Part shown: in pieces, positions 40,361-54,249 of the stretch
How the letters are laid out: every line of letters begins with the position of its first letter
How positions within the stretch are numbered: position 1 is the first letter of the stretch
Assembly: GCA_000165425.1 (NCBI GenBank)
Contig: CT868496.1
Location: 372,001 to 436,000, forward strand
Direction of reading: 5' to 3'
DNA: 64,000 nucleotides
Origin: Paramecium tetraurelia
Lineage: Eukaryota
Translations under genes and position numbers: made by a program
The notes under the pieces: model-generated
Seen by the model: the letters and a program-made list of their open reading frames with translations, nothing else
Database searches by the model: none
Told to the model about the DNA's origin: nothing

Positions 40361-43012
40361 TCAAAGATATATTTAAATTAAATTGTTGTATACCCACCCA
40401 AATTGTTATAACTGTGAAATTGTGTAAACAAGATCTAAAGATAAAAGTTAAGCAAAAAATATAATTTTGTCTCCTTGTTTGTATTAGACTACTCTCTTAA
40501 CTCATCTCCTTCCTACTACTTGAACAACTTCTCTACGAATTTCAAAACTAGACATCCACCAACATAAGGTCCCACCAAGATAAAAATGATTATTAAAAGC
40601 AACTCTACCCCATTAGTCGTTGTAAATCCTATTCTTTTTGTTGCATGTTGAACAGCCGATATCGAGCACTCATTACCTATCATAAACCAAGTGTATTAGC
40701 AGCTGAGCGAGATCAGAGCAACACAAATCAATTTGTTATACTAATAAAGGATATTATAATTTGATACCTTCAATTATGGCTTTGATAATCTATATATTAA
40801 CAGCATAAATAGAATGAAGTAAGTGTATATTGCAATTCCATATTAAGTGGTCGCTAATAGGGATGGAATCAAGAAGTAAACCAAGTCTTTTGCATAAATA
40901 TACACAAAGGGCATGCAGAATATTAAAGGCTTAAGAGTACTCTTTATCAGTGTTCGTTTTAGGTCAAATAAAGGAATCTATGGGACCATAAAGTAGGATT
41001 GAACTGTAAATAAGAATAAATGAGGGATTGCTTTATTGAATTTATTTTTATTCTCTAACTTCTAGTAGTAATAGAGTAGGATATGTTGTAAAATACAGGG
41101 GAAGAATATATGAACTAGTGACTTCATCATTCTTAGAGATTTAAAAGATTTCTCAAGACCAAGTTAGTAATATATATATTCTAAATAGAGCAGAATCAGA
41201 GCTATAACTCCAAGCATTAATTATTCGCCAATAGACTTAGCTAATGAAATGATATGGACTTTTTATTCTCCTGAATCGTAGTAAGTCTTAAGAAAAATTA
41301 GAGTGTTTAGAATAATACTCATGAACAATAAGTCGAATATCTAATCAAAAAGTTCGTTATGTTCAATGGTTCCTGGATCAATTGAAAACAATAGTGATCC
41401 CTATCGAAATGCTTTATGTAAAAATAAAGCTAAAATAAAAAATTTAAAATATTGGAATTCGCTCCTATGAGTTTCTAAATCTAAAGTGGAGTATGTTGGA
41501 GATTATTCCTTCCTACCAATAATCAGCTATGCAATCGAATAAATCAAGATGATAGAGATAATCAGAATTAAAATTGTTGCTATAAAGATTTCGAGTTCAA
41601 CAAATAATGCCAATGAAGCCACCATTAAGATCCCAGCATAGAGGTGATTTCGGTAAGTGTTAAAATCAGATTTGTGTAAATGTTCAAGGGCACTTCTAAG
41701 AGAAAAGTCTTTAACATACTTTATAGTCAATAAGGTTGTTATGTAAAGTGTTAGGCTGAGGATTTAGAAGATCATTGAAAGGAAGATCAAGAGTTTGTTA
41801 TAATTATTCCATATAATTCTACTTTGATGTTGAATGTCTTCCATTATTGGTATAGCCTAAGCACATGTAGAAACCTGATTTATTTGATTCTTCCATAACT
41901 TAATTTGTTATCGAGTAAATAAGCCTTAGTCTTATTATATTTTTTTTGAATAATGAAACATCTACTTCAAGTTCTCCACACAATACTCATTAGCAACATC
42001 ACCAGGAAATAACTCTGGGATTATGATGCCAATATTACTAAAGGGGATTGGAACTCCAATTAATTTAGCTATTGTTGGTGCTATGTCAACCTATTTGATC
42101 GTTCTTATATACGAATCTTTTGAAGTCACAGAGGTTTCATAGTCATCTCTAAATCCCTCTATTTTCTACATATAGTGTTTATCTAATTTAGCATTCTTCC
42201 TAGTTACAAAGAACACAGTATTAGTTTCTAAGGAACTATTACCTCCATGATTTCCATCATTCAACATTCCATGATCTCCAGTGATGATCAAAGTTGTATC
42301 ATTTGATAATCTCGAATAAATTTGTGTAATAATAGTACTCAATTAGTTTAATTACTCCTCAAGTACTTTGTTTTCACTTACTCTATTATATTCATGAGCT
42401 ACATAGTCAATTCCTAAAAAGTGAACAACGGCTAGATCGAAAGATGTATCAAAATTTTACCCAAAAAGTCTTTGAAATTTTTTATCCACTACATACATAG
42501 CTCTAGAATTGATTTTCATCTTATTTAGAGGATGGGCAATTGTAAACTCATTCGGATAAAGCCCTAACCAATTGTTATCCCCTATAAATAATGTTTTCTT
42601 TCCACTTATTTTTGCCTATCGAATGAAGCTATCCTCCACAATCTAATCAATTGCATATATTTACTTCTGAATCATGGAAGTTGTCCAAAACCTTGGTCAG
42701 TGGTGCAAAATTACCTGTGGTCATAGTTTGGATTCGAGGGCCTGTTACAGTGGGTGTTTCAGCTAAGGATAAAAAAGTAAGGGATTCTGAATCAGTTCTT
42801 CTTTAAGAAATAAAATTAAAATGATTGCTCATTGCCAAATCCATTCTGAAAGAGTCTATTACTATCAGGACTACAGGATTGGTCTTTTCAATTTTTCCTT
42901 GAGCCATCGTTCTAATGTAATGACGATCAATGAAGACTCCCCTAAAGAATAGAATCAAACCCAGAAGAGTAGAAGCAATTGTAATGGTAATCAAAGTGTT
43001 TATATATGCCAT
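40361..43012 (-). CDS. GPI ethanolamine phosphate transferase (PIG-O/PIG-G family)
   Basis: VLIVIDSFRMD, AETPTVTGPRIQTMTTG, FIGDNNW, VHFLGIDYVAH, TGDHGMLNDGNHGG, then many TM helices. 3' end approximate. Confidence 0.9.
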
Positions 43013-43104
43013 TATGATATTAAATCAAGTTAATTTAATTAAATTAAACAACGCAAAAATAAGAACATCAAAATTAAATATAAAATTTTGACAAGAAATG
43101 ATAT

Positions 43105-44144
43105 TCATATATTATAAGTTATTGAATAAGCAATCAAGGGCACCTTATAATCAGGTTTCTTCATTAGAATTGCAAATTTATCGTTGTCTTCTAATTTGAT
43201 TGTTGTATTTTGGATTCGATTAGCCCAAGTGTCAGGCAAGATCTATTTGCCAAAGTCTGTGATATTTTCTTTCTTTCTATACAAAAAGACTCCCAAACGA
43301 CCAGTAATTTTTAGATAGAACTCATACTTGACTTCGTCTATCATATTTTTAGACAATTCCTTTACGTTGTCATCCAAAGAATAAAATACACTAAATTCAT
43401 TATAATATAATACTCTTATTAATCATTATTTTCATCTACTTTAGGTTCTGGGTACTTCTATCTCCTATCGATCTTCCGACATAAGATCTAAGCGTGATCC
43501 TATGAAATTGTGTTGATTTGTTAGATGTCTTCTTTGAGGAGAGAGTAATCTTATCTCGATATCTTGCATACAACAATCTCAGATTCATTGTCCTTGAAAT
43601 GGATGGCATGTTTATTTTGCAAATTAACTCCATGCTTTCTGAATATGGTTTTAGTATGCTCATCCGAAATGACAGACAAGACTATGTACTTTTCAGGTTT
43701 CTCATTGATTTGGATGTCATCCACTTAGGTAACAGTGGGTTGAATGGTTAGAGGTGGTTTTGGAATGGAGGGAATTTATGAAGTGGATTTTTTAATAACA
43801 TTAAGTGCTGTTGATAAGGTGATCAATTGCTGTATGGAATTACACTTCTCTTTGATTTGTTCTACTTTGTTGTTGTAAGGGATCTGAAACTTAACACTAT
43901 CCAATCTATGATGTTAAATATTTTTTGATTGATTACATGCTCACTTCTTGAGGGAGGTTCTTGAGCCACTCATAAGTCTTTTGGATTTCCTATTCAGCTT
44001 CCTTCAGGAATTAATTGGGACAATTGGAATCATCCAGTTATTTTAGAGTGTGACAGAACACCTCTAGATTTATGCGCAATTTCTTAATCTCTTCACAGTA
44101 ATTATCCCTCGTTAAGGATATATCAATAGCCAGTTAAACAAGGT
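43105..44144 (-). CDS. Hypothetical protein; 5' end unresolved (in-frame TGA at 44145-44147)
   Basis: Open frame ...NYCEEIKKLRINLEVFCHTLKQLDD...one small intron...KPDYKVPLIAYSITYNI-TGA. Confidence 0.6.
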
Positions 44145-44278
44145 TCAATAAGTCCATAGGAGAAATAATTGGTTGTCAATATTATTTGAATTGTTTATAA
44201 TTGTTTATAATATTCGATTGCACAATTATGTTGAGTAAAAAGTAAGTTCAATTGAAAAATATTAGATACAATATTTAA

Positions 44279-45467
44279 TCATATCAACTTGGAGTAGAAT
44301 TCATCGGTGTTTCCTGCCAAAATCTTTAAGATCTCATCATAAATTAATTTGATTGACCGTGTTAATTGTTGGATTTGTGATTTCTAATTAGAAAAGAATG
44401 TAAAATACCTTGGGAAATAGTTTGATATAAAATCTGAATTTGTAAGCATGTTTTGCTAAATTCTTGGGATACTTGTAATTCTCCATGTAATGACACTCTC
44501 TTGATTTTCTTGATCTGATTTCCGATAGCTTGTTACAGAGATTATCGAGTCCAGTCTGAATGAGATTGTTCTACTTGAAGATTTTGACTTTCTTCAAGGC
44601 GATTTCGTATTTCTGATTAAATTTAGTTTGGGTTGTCTACTAAAATAATCTAGTCAATTCATAGTAAGGTTTCAAGAAGAAATGCATCACTATCCAACAG
44701 AGCAGGATTCCTGAAATGTTGTAGATAACATAATAAATCAATTGGGCAGTTGCTTGACTTAACAACTCCGATTTCAATTCTTGAGTGTCATTGTCATTCT
44801 CCTACATGAACTTGTAATCTACAAATCTTAAATATACATTGAAATATGCTTACACTATTTGATAGAATCTGTTGTGAATCCCAAACCCTCGAATGAACAG
44901 ATCTTATCCAAACAATTTATTGTGTCTACAAAAGTTTTTGTATGCAAATTGGCAATTAGATTCTCCATTCTGATACAAAATCTATTTGAGAACTTCAATC
45001 CAGTCTTAGTTGTCAAATCCTGTGATGGAAGTGTCATTAAAGAACTTCATCTCCTAGACAAAATTCACTGAGGGATACACATTCGATATCAATATCCTAC
45101 CAGCCAGATCGACTAGATAGATATTAAGTTAATCATAATTGATCTTGGGTTTGATCACTTGAAAATTGCTATCCAATGCTATGACTCCATCAAATTGTAA
45201 TTATGCATCCGTCAATGACACTGTGAGAGTAAATTCGAACTCTTGGGTCTCGTAATTCCTGTATATCTCCGAAACCACTTCTGGTTGATTACTACTGTTC
45301 AGATTAGCAATGTGATCCTTGTACCATTGTCGTTCCTTTGGTCGATATTTAGGGTATCTCATTTTTTAAGGAATAATGGCAAAAAATTACCCTTCTCCTT
45401 ATTAAGTCAAATAGATTGTAGGTTCCAATTCACGATAACTGATTAACAAAAATTGTTGGTTTAACAT
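44279..45467 (-). CDS. Hypothetical protein with one transmembrane segment
   Basis: MLNQQFLLISYRELEPTIY...; hydrophobic stretch near 44680-44740; small introns; ends TDEFYSKLI-TGA. Confidence 0.65.
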
Positions 45468-46209
45468 TTAAATCAAAATTATCAAATGCTAATCAATTTC
45501 TGTTTTCGGAATTAAGGCAAAATCTACCTGATTTGCATAATAATAACAAAACTCCGGCAGATAATATTCGAATGGCTGATTCTATCTCACATTGTAATCA
45601 ACACAACTAAATGGCGTGTTGCTCAGAAGGATATGTTATTACTTAAGCAAATACAAATTTTGATTATTAATTTTATTAAGCAGACTGAAGCCAAAATTAA
45701 ATGTTAAAAAGGTTTAGTATTCCAAATAAGCTGATTATTTAAATAGAGCCTTTTGATTAATGTTTTATAACAATTAAAATGAAACCTTCTCAATTACAGA
45801 TTCAATTATTACTCTATTAATCACCAAGGCTATGGTCAAAAAGGCAATAATCACAGTAAATATTAAAAGTTAAATCACTAAAATTTAATTCTTCACTCTA
45901 TAGTTTCTCAAGCAATATAAAAACCTCGGAGTTCTAATTTAATTAAGTGAGAACATGATTTTTATAATTTGATTAAATATGCTATTTTATTTTCATTCAA
46001 ATCAATCATTCAATATTCACTTAATCTAAAAATACACCTGAAGATGTTATGAAGAATTTCAAATTATCAATTCAGAAAAAAGATTGAATTAAAAAATTTA
46101 CTTATTACTCTTCTGAATTCAATTAATTTATTTTTAGAAATAATTTTATTCCCATTAATTAACACTATGATATATATAAAAAGTTTTGGTATAAATATTT
46201 GATTTTTTT

Positions 46210-47398
46210 TCATTTATTGAATAAACTTCTCAATAACAATCTCAATGGGCTGGCCATGTCAAGGTATGTCAAACAAACTGCATAATGGGAGTCTTCTGGT
46301 AACAAACTCTAAGTTTAATATTATAATAATTTATACTCTTGAAGCAACTTGAGTTTCCAATATCACACTCAACATTGAAATAGATCCCAAAATCAAGGTG
46401 AATATCAAGAATACATTCCCAGTCACAATGCTTAACACCAATACTATGATATATCCAACACCTGATCCAACTACAATTGCTAAATGCTTGTTTATCACAA
46501 AATGAGTGACTTATAATTCTTCAATCACTTGATTCTATCTGGCTTCTTAATTCAATATGTGTCTGGTGAAGGAAAGCTTTCTAATTCTTTCAAATATCGA
46601 TAATTCTTCAGGCAATTCGTGAGTCTATTTCAATAATTAATTGTTCAATTAATTAAAATAATAAAATGCATAGATGATGATTCCACAAATTATAAATGCA
46701 GTGTTAAACTGGGTGTTTAACAAAGCTAGAATAAAATTCAAACCCAATGATCCAATGATTGTAAATTTCATAATAACAGTGTAATAATGAGTTTTTTGGA
46801 ACTTTACTATAACAATCTGTAGTAAATCGTGGCCAATTAAAATCAACAAAACCAAGATAGTCCATACATTCACGGCTTTGTGATATTCATTTCCTCTTTG
46901 GTTTCCAGCAATTCCAATTAAAAGAAAGGCTATCAATATTGTCTGAATTTGGTATAATGTGGACTAAAGCTAAACCTAATAAGTTTAGACAATATAGAAT
47001 ACAATGAATCTGTATTTTCTTAATAGTGGAAGTCCTATTACGATGGCAATCAATAGACTCAAAACTACATACCAAGTCCATCTAAATGAACTCCACCATT
47101 AACCATGATGAACTACAATTGAGCTAAACCATTCATTCAATCCAAATAGGAACAATCCAAGAATTATAGAATGTTGAACGGAAATCTTTATGTAGTATTC
47201 AACCAAAAAAGCTTATCGATCTAAATTCACATCATTCACAACTGTCTTCTCAGATCCTGTTTGCTTTCCATCATCCAATTAAATATATTAATCTGCTGGC
47301 ACCGTATTACTCAATATTGGGTATTGAACTTGTGAAATCTAACTTGGAGACTAGGGAGTCTATTGAATATAGATTGGTAATTCTTGTTGTGTGGACAT
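46210..47398 (-). CDS. Multi-pass membrane protein, TMBIM-like (paralogue 3)
   Basis: QVQYPIL...RQAFLVEYYIKISVQHSIILGLFLFGLNEWF...AVCLTYLDMASPLR; clearly similar to 18736-19909. Confidence 0.72.
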
Positions 47399-48176
47399 TA
47401 TCTAAATTAATTAATATCTATAATTCAGAATTCAAAATTTGTATAAAAAACTAAATTATGAAATCCCCTAATCTAAAATTATCAGAATTTATTGCCTATT
47501 ATATTAATTTAAATTATGATGACACTAAATTAATGTATAACAATACAGAGCTCCATCATTTAATTTATGTAGTTTCAATTTTAAAACAATATTCATTATG
47601 AACCATCCAAAATTATGACAGTCACACCATTAATTAGTTTGCTAGCAATCAGCTGCTTAATTATAATTAGTAGATGATCTTAAAAAATATGCAAAAATTC
47701 AATTGATGTTTAATCTTTCATTAAAACTTTAGTGGGTATAAATAGTTAAAAATTCAATTGGAAATTCATCCTGTATCTTATTAATGGAATCTAATTCAAT
47801 GAAAGCATCTTTGATCCACACTTTTTGTGAATTATAATTTTCATTATTACCTGAATTGTTTCGGAAATAATATCATCTTGAAATGAGATAATCTTAATAA
47901 TTGAGTTAAACAATATTATTATCTAATGAAAAATTATACGTTATTCTATTCAAACTTAGAAGGTAGTCATTTATTTCTTTTTAATTAATTATATATATTT
48001 AAATAAGAAGTTTATTAATAAATAAGGCAGATGGTCACTTTATTAAAACAATAAGAATTGAGATTTAGAATTTAATAGTTGCATTTATAATCCATTGAAC
48101 AAAAATCTTTCTTTGAAGATATTAATTAATATTATTTATACAACCATATTTTTATTAAATAATTGCACTAAGCATA

Positions 48177-49717
48177 ATGAGTTCTAAACAAAGTTAATGC
48201 TTTATGAATCTCCAACAAACGAAATAAAAATAAGAAGAATAAAAAACAAGGACGAAAACACCAAAAATTCCCTTTGAAGTATTAGACTAAAATAAATTAT
48301 TTAGTAGCGAATTAATAAAGGCATAAGTGAATTTAAGCCAAAACATCTTAATAAAGATAAAACATATACAAAAGTGCACTAACAAAAAATGGAATATAAA
48401 GAACAAAGTTAATTTAGAATTAGGGCCTTCTCATAATAAAAATAAATTATTAATTAGAAATGTATTAAACCTGATTATAAACCCAATCCATCAACTAATC
48501 TATAAATTGACCCATAAAAAGACCCATAAACTAATCCATCGACTAATCCATAAACTAATAAATAAATTAACCCTTAAACTAGCCCATAAACTAATCCATA
48601 AGCTGAGGATTAAATTGATGCTGAAATTTAACACGATTATGATATTAAGGATATTTCTAATAATAATGATGAATACCAGAAACTACTAATATATACTAAT
48701 ATTCTATTTTATTATAATAAAAATCAATAGAATCTTGAAAAATAATCATAATCTCAATAAGGTTAACATAAAATAAGAGGGAAATTGTATAATACATTGT
48801 ATGATCATGATCAAAATCCTTCCTATATCATTTAGGAGGGAGAATTTTTAGTTGACTTAAATAAAAAGTAATTTAAATTGGATGGGTAAGGAATAGAATA
48901 TTAAGGAAAATCTAATTAGGTGAAAATTTAAGGGGAATTTAAATAAGGAGTATAAGCCTAGAGGATACCTTCATCATAAAATAAATCTCAATATAAATCA
49001 TTTAGCGTTGAGCCAAAACGAATTAAAATAATGGAAATTATTGATGGATAACCAATACAAATAAATAATAGAATCGAAAAGAAAAGTACTTGGTGTAAAT
49101 ATAATCAATAATTTTATTAAAGAGATTTAGATATATTTAAAAGTAATTAGTGGCTAAATAGTAGTATAATTGATTGCTATGTTTTATCACTTAACAAAAA
49201 AAGCGAAGAAGAATATTTTAACTTATCTTAAGATAAAAGACGATAAATAAAGAGAATCTACTTTGTTACTAGTAGTTTAACCACAAATATTAGTAGATTA
49301 AACAACATTTAACAAGGCAATGATTTATTTCAAAAGCACTTTCTAGAGTTATAAGAAGTAAAATATAAGATTTAAACTATTTATTCCAAAATTGGTTTCC
49401 CTGTTGTTTCAAACAGCCATTGGTTTTTTTTATTGTTTGATTTAGAAGAAAACAAAGTAGAAATTTTTAATTCTTTGAAACCAAATTTAAATGCTTATCA
49501 AAACTTAATCACAAAACTCTCAGAGTTATTAATGGTACAAAATCCATAATAAAGCATAAATGGAAACTCTGGTTCATAAAATGATGGTTACTCATGTGGA
49601 TATCATGTTTGTTGTTTTATGAAAATTTGCCATAAAGCTCAATTTTCAAATTCATCTTTGTATCATTATGATGAGAAGGAAATGAGAGGAATCTTGAGAG
49701 ATTTGATTAATTATTGA
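48177..49717 (+). CDS. Ulp1/SENP-like cysteine protease (peptidase C48)
   Basis: One 26-nt intron gives 505 codons; WLNSSIIDCYV, PVVSNSHWFFLLFD, EIFNSL, QNDGYSCGYHVC. Confidence 0.85.
48480..48602 (+). repeat. 12-nt coding repeat (NPST/NPQT/DPQK) in the Ulp1-like gene
   Basis: Repeated ccataaactaat-like units encoding KPNPSTNLQIDPQKDPQTNPSTNPQTNKQINPQTSPQTNPQ. Confidence 0.75.
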
Positions 49718-50676
49718 GATAATAAATCATAGTGAATTTAGAAAATTTGATTGAAATTTTTTACTATATTTTGAAAAAAATTATTGTATTATGTAATTCT
49801 AAATTAGATTGCAAAAATACTTCTTTGACTTTACCCCAATATTATCTCAAATTCAATATATACACAAATCCTATTATTTTTCTTGAACTGAATTGTATTT
49901 AATAAATTAATAAAATAGTTCTACTTTCTTTGCATTTTCTCTTACAATATCATAATTAATCAAAATTAGTAGTTGAAAAGAATAAATAGGTTGCATGTTA
50001 ATATAAGGTAATAACTTAAACAATAAATTTCAAATAATGTTGAAGTATTTAACTACTATTTATATAATGATTTCCACTTTGTTTTCCCAAAATTAACACT
50101 CTTTATTTTATCATAACTGCCCTATTAATAGTAAGAATCAATTTTTGAATCTGAAATAATTTAAAGCATATCAAGTTCAAATATTACCACCTAAGGGTTC
50201 TGTTAATTATAAAATCAAAATAAATAATAACACATTTGAAAGATTTAATTTAAATTCTCAGAATTTTGATAATAGTCATGTATTAATATTTTTTATAATT
50301 TTATAAAATTAAATATATATATGTTTTTTGAAATATTATTTTAAATCAATTTGCTCCATTTTAGTATATTAAAACCCTATTTTTATGAAAACCTATTGCA
50401 TTGTATTAAAAAACTTTGTCTTTAAAATTGAAATCACTTCTCAAATTTATTTCTAAATTATTTATTAATGCAACAAAATTAATTGTGATTATTAAGAATT
50501 AATTATTTTTGTATAATGGAATTGTTAATTAATTTGCTTAGCTGATAAGTCCTACATTAAATAATCATTTTAAAGCATATCAATTAACAAAAGATTCTGT
50601 TTTTTCTGTTGAATTTCTGAAAGTGAAATTAAAGTCTTAAAGATTTATTGCTTTTTTATTAAACAAAAATAAACTG

Positions 50677-53600
50677 ATGTCACAAATCAAGCAAACTTAA
50701 AGAAATTCAAAAAATTTGGACATGCAACCCCAGCCTTAGGCATAAATTCAAGGAAGCCAAAAAATACCTTAGGGACAACAAGAAAAACAGAACTAATAAT
50801 AACCCTAGGCAAGAAAAGGTGGCCCAGATCAGACTACCAAATTGAAGAATCCAAATGATACAAAAACATACGTATTGATGACATTGTAAACTCAGTAGTC
50901 TTTGATTTAACCTGAGACCAGTCGATAAGAGCAAAGTTAGGAGGTTAAGATTGCTAATTAAGAGGCTCCACCAAAATTTGCTTGTCTTAAACCTCGCCCT
51001 GATCCTGTTTTAAATTGGGAAACCCACCAAGAGAAGAAATTGTATAGTGAATTCCAGGAGTTTATAGAATCTCGCTACCTAGAAGTTAAGAGAAGCTCGA
51101 GCATATATAAATATTATGCTAAAATAGGACTTCAAGTATTTATTTACATTTTAAATGTCCTTGAACTAATTTTTACTTTAAGCTACAAGTCCTATAATAA
51201 CATTCCTGATAATGAAGTATTTTATTTGGGTTGCTACCATATCTCTATTATTGGCTGTGCTTTACTTCACAGTGCAACCTGGATGTATACATATAAATTC
51301 AGATAAGTTGCCAAAAAGAGTTTGTTTATAGAAATTTCTTATTATATCTTTTACATGTTTATGGGAGGATTAAGCTTTTTTAAAATAGCTCCATTTATCT
51401 ATTATTACAACAGAGACCAATCAATCACGTAGTTTTCTTTCAGTTAAATAAATAAATACTTGATTTTAGATGGAGAAGATAAATTTAGAAATCCTTGTAT
51501 GCTTTTCAAACACAGAACAAAACCAGTCAATATCTTTAGAGATTTAATTTTCCATAGGATTGCTCTTCTTTCCATGATGATAACAATGTGTCTTCAAACA
51601 TTCCCTTAACTCTTTATCCAAGGCTTCTACAATACAGAACATGAATGGGATGGCTTCAATGTTTTTAGTTATTTATTGCTAATAAGTAATTTAATCTATT
51701 ACCTTTTGGAATTGCAATTTATTGTTTTCACAACAACTTATAGATAGATACAAACAGAGCTTCAATTTAAATTGAAGAAAATAAAATTAAAGTTCATTTA
51801 AGAAACTAAACAATTATTAAAGTCGGATAAAAAATATCTGGGATTTGTTAAATCTTTTTATTTTCACATTGATCCAACTACATTTAGCTCTTATCAAAAG
51901 AAACGATGCATAGTTTAAATTATCACATTCTTGACTAGATATAAGAAATTCTAAAATGTATAATTTTTATATATTGATTAATATGATGAAGTTACGTTGT
52001 AATATTTAGCAAATTGTTTTAAATTGATTTAAGTAGAAAACATTAGCCTATAATATAAAGACGCAAACAAATTAAAAATGTTGTAAGATACTTTTAAACC
52101 ATAACAATTTCCAAAAATAAAGATTGAACTAATGCAAGACTAAAATGTTGATTAATTATGGGATACAGATAAAATAGATGCCAATGCAGAAGAATAAAAA
52201 ATTCAAGAAATTCAATTTATTGAAAATCCAAAGATTAATGCTGGTTGGTAAGCAGTAGCATAAAACTAAAAAGCTATGAGAGAATATATTGAAATGAGTT
52301 ATCATTTTATTAAATTGATACCCGATCATTTAAGGAAATCAGTCAGATTAAATTCTAGATCATATGGAACAGGCACAATATAAAGTTAAATTAACATTGC
52401 TTAGACTGATAGATAAGAAACTTAAATTGATATCGCTACAGAAGCAAAAATTCAATTTCAAAATATATCTAAAAAGGAAATCTTGGAGGAAAGCTTAGGA
52501 TATTTTAAATGTTTGATGACTTATATTAACTATTTCGAAACCTGGGGCCAAATGAATTAATATTAGGCTACCATGTAATCTTTATAGTCATTTTTGAATG
52601 GGGGTTTGCAGATAGTCTCACTTGTTTACATAGGAGATGATCCAGATAAATTTTAATCTGCATTAATTGTATTAACTGTTATCATTCCTGTTATGCAGAT
52701 GTTATCCTTTATGGTGTTTCAACATAGAGTGTTTAAGACTTTAAATATTTAAAAATAAATTTAGAATGTTCTACTTTTTGCTATTTTTAACTTCTTAAAA
52801 GTTTGGGATATTGTGATGATTGCAATGTATTTTTTCTCAAAGAAATTTTTTTCTACTTTAGAGAGAAAGTTTAGTGCTGAAGGATATATAAAATTTAAAA
52901 GCTATGCCTCTAAATTCTAAGGTAGTCTTCCTATTTCAGTATTTTAGTATGAAACTGTTTAGGTTGATTCTAAGAGCATTTTGGCAATAAAATAATTACC
53001 ATTTTATTAGGCAGTTATGTGGAGAACTAGTGTCGAAGAAGCTTTGAATAAGATTCCTTAATTCTTTATCTATATTTTAGCATTATCATCTACTGGTTTA
53101 ACTGCAGTGTGGGCAATGTCTTTTTTCCAGCAGATAAAGGAGGGTGTTTTGGCAGTCAAAGATATATTAGAAGTTGTTATTAAAGATTTCTTTATACCAG
53201 CACTAATTTTAAGTACGGTTTCTGTCGAATAATTCTTCTAATCCATGTTGTATTTGAGTTCAATATCAAATTAGTTTTTGTTAGAATATCCTAAATCCTT
53301 CTAAATCATGTCGAAAGTTGATGAAAAATATTTAAAAGAAAAATGTACTTTTAAAATTAACATGGAACACATGGATTTTTCAAATTACAAAGAGAAAAAA
53401 AAAGAGAAGATACTGGCCTAGTTTAGGTATGTTCTTGCTTCTATACAAAATATCTTAGAAATAGATAAAGCATAAAGATTATTTTGCATGGGACCTGAAA
53501 TAAATGATTTTGTCAGATGCTTAAAAGTTAGTCCAATTTATTAATTGAAGCTCAATTTCAATTTAGATGAAGTAAACCCTCTTGATCTTCCTCATATTAA

Positions 53601-54249
53601 TGCCTTTATTAAATGTTGTCCCCCATAATTACAATTTTTACAAATCTAAGTTGAAGCAACAGAAGAAATAAAAATGCCCTTTTGTGTTGAAAGAAAAGCT
53701 ACTCTTAAAGCCTTCTCTTATTCTTATTTCTAGATAATTTAATAGTACAAAGATAGTGCTTAAGTTGTTTAGCAAAAAAGTTTAGATGTAAACAAAGATT
53801 TTTTAGAATTAGATAGGTACGATTTTGAATAATTCTATTTTGAAATTGCAGGTAACTTAAATTTAGAATAGTGTTCATAATTATTTGGAAATTTCAAAGA
53901 AATGAAGATTTTCCAGTTATCCATTAATAATAATGCCATAATGCAGAGCTTTAACTTTTCTGATAACATAAAAAGCAAATTGGAAGTTTTGGATATCACT
54001 TTTGAAAATATAAGATTAGATTTTTAATAATTTCCATTTAACACCCTTAAAACTCTTAAAATGAATTTGAAAAGATGTGAATTTAATAAGGCAGGATTAT
54101 ATTAAAGCTTAGTAAATCTAAAAAACGGAGAATCTAAAGTAATTTTAATAGATTTGAGTTAATGCTCATCAACTTTTACAAAGGCTGAACATTCAAATTT
54201 GGTGAAAGCATTAGAATAAAATAAATTTGATGTAACCATTATAATATGA
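50677..54249 (+). CDS. Intronless ~1190 aa protein with two multi-TM modules, each followed by a soluble LRR-like region
   Basis: 3573 nt in frame; hydrophobic blocks at ~51120-51730 and ~52560-53250 containing LQTFPQLFIQG and EEALNKIPQFFIY. Confidence 0.75.

Noticed and set aside
48327..48689. ORF-track 120-aa LIHK-repeat protein
   Set aside because: Off-frame reading caused by ignoring the 26-nt intron of the Ulp1-like gene.
48177..49717. Ulp1-like gene as cargo of a Mutator/Polinton-type element
   Set aside because: No transposase, integrase, polymerase or terminal inverted repeats seen nearby.
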